Virus record (IMG/VR): IMGVR_UViG_3300038675_000861
Coordinates: 1-35,123 of that record
Strand: one strand, 5' to 3'
Length of the DNA stretch: 35,123 bases
From: a virus
Lineage: Duplodnaviria > Caudoviricetes
Under the pieces are notes generated by a model. That model worked only from the letters and a program-made list of their open reading frames with translations. It had not been told where the DNA came from and made no database searches. Below are positions 35,070 through 35,123 of the stretch, one piece after another. Position 1 is the first letter of the stretch. Each line of letters starts with the position of its first letter. The translations under genes were made by a program, and so were the position numbers.

Positions 35070-35085
35070 CTAAAGATGATATCTT
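35070..35085. repeat. Right copy of 16 bp direct repeat
   Basis: CTAAAGATGATATCTT is identical to 242..257. Confidence 0.85.
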
Positions 35086-35123
35086 CAACAATAGGATTTT
35101 ATAACAGATTTGCCCTAATCATC

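Overview
The window holds what looks like a complete ~34.8 kb Mu-like transposable prophage (about 258..35069) in a host intergenic region; only the first codons and promoter of a host gene are visible at the left. Most phage genes are on the minus strand: an HTH gene, DDE transposase, MuB-like AAA ATPase, GemA-like, DUF3164-like, small and large terminase and gpF-like genes, then endolysin, neck genes, portal, a protease-major capsid fusion, holin-like genes, tail tube, a tail chaperone with a -1 frameshift, two tandem N6-adenine methyltransferases, tape measure and a short tail-tip module. There is no sheath gene, so it is sipho-type. A LexA/cI-type repressor is on the plus strand at the right end. 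A ~10 kb plus-strand cargo island interrupts the late region: a nuclease-like gene, type I R-M (hsdM, an inserted membrane gene, hsdS, hsdR), a nucleotidyltransferase-fold gene with a partner, and a membrane protein. The most unusual signal is at the borders: an exact 16-17 bp direct repeat flanks the element, the termini read TATA...TATA instead of TG...CA, no recombinase is recognisable, and the two ends carry very asymmetric repeat arrays. All family assignments come from motif recognition by eye, not from database searches.
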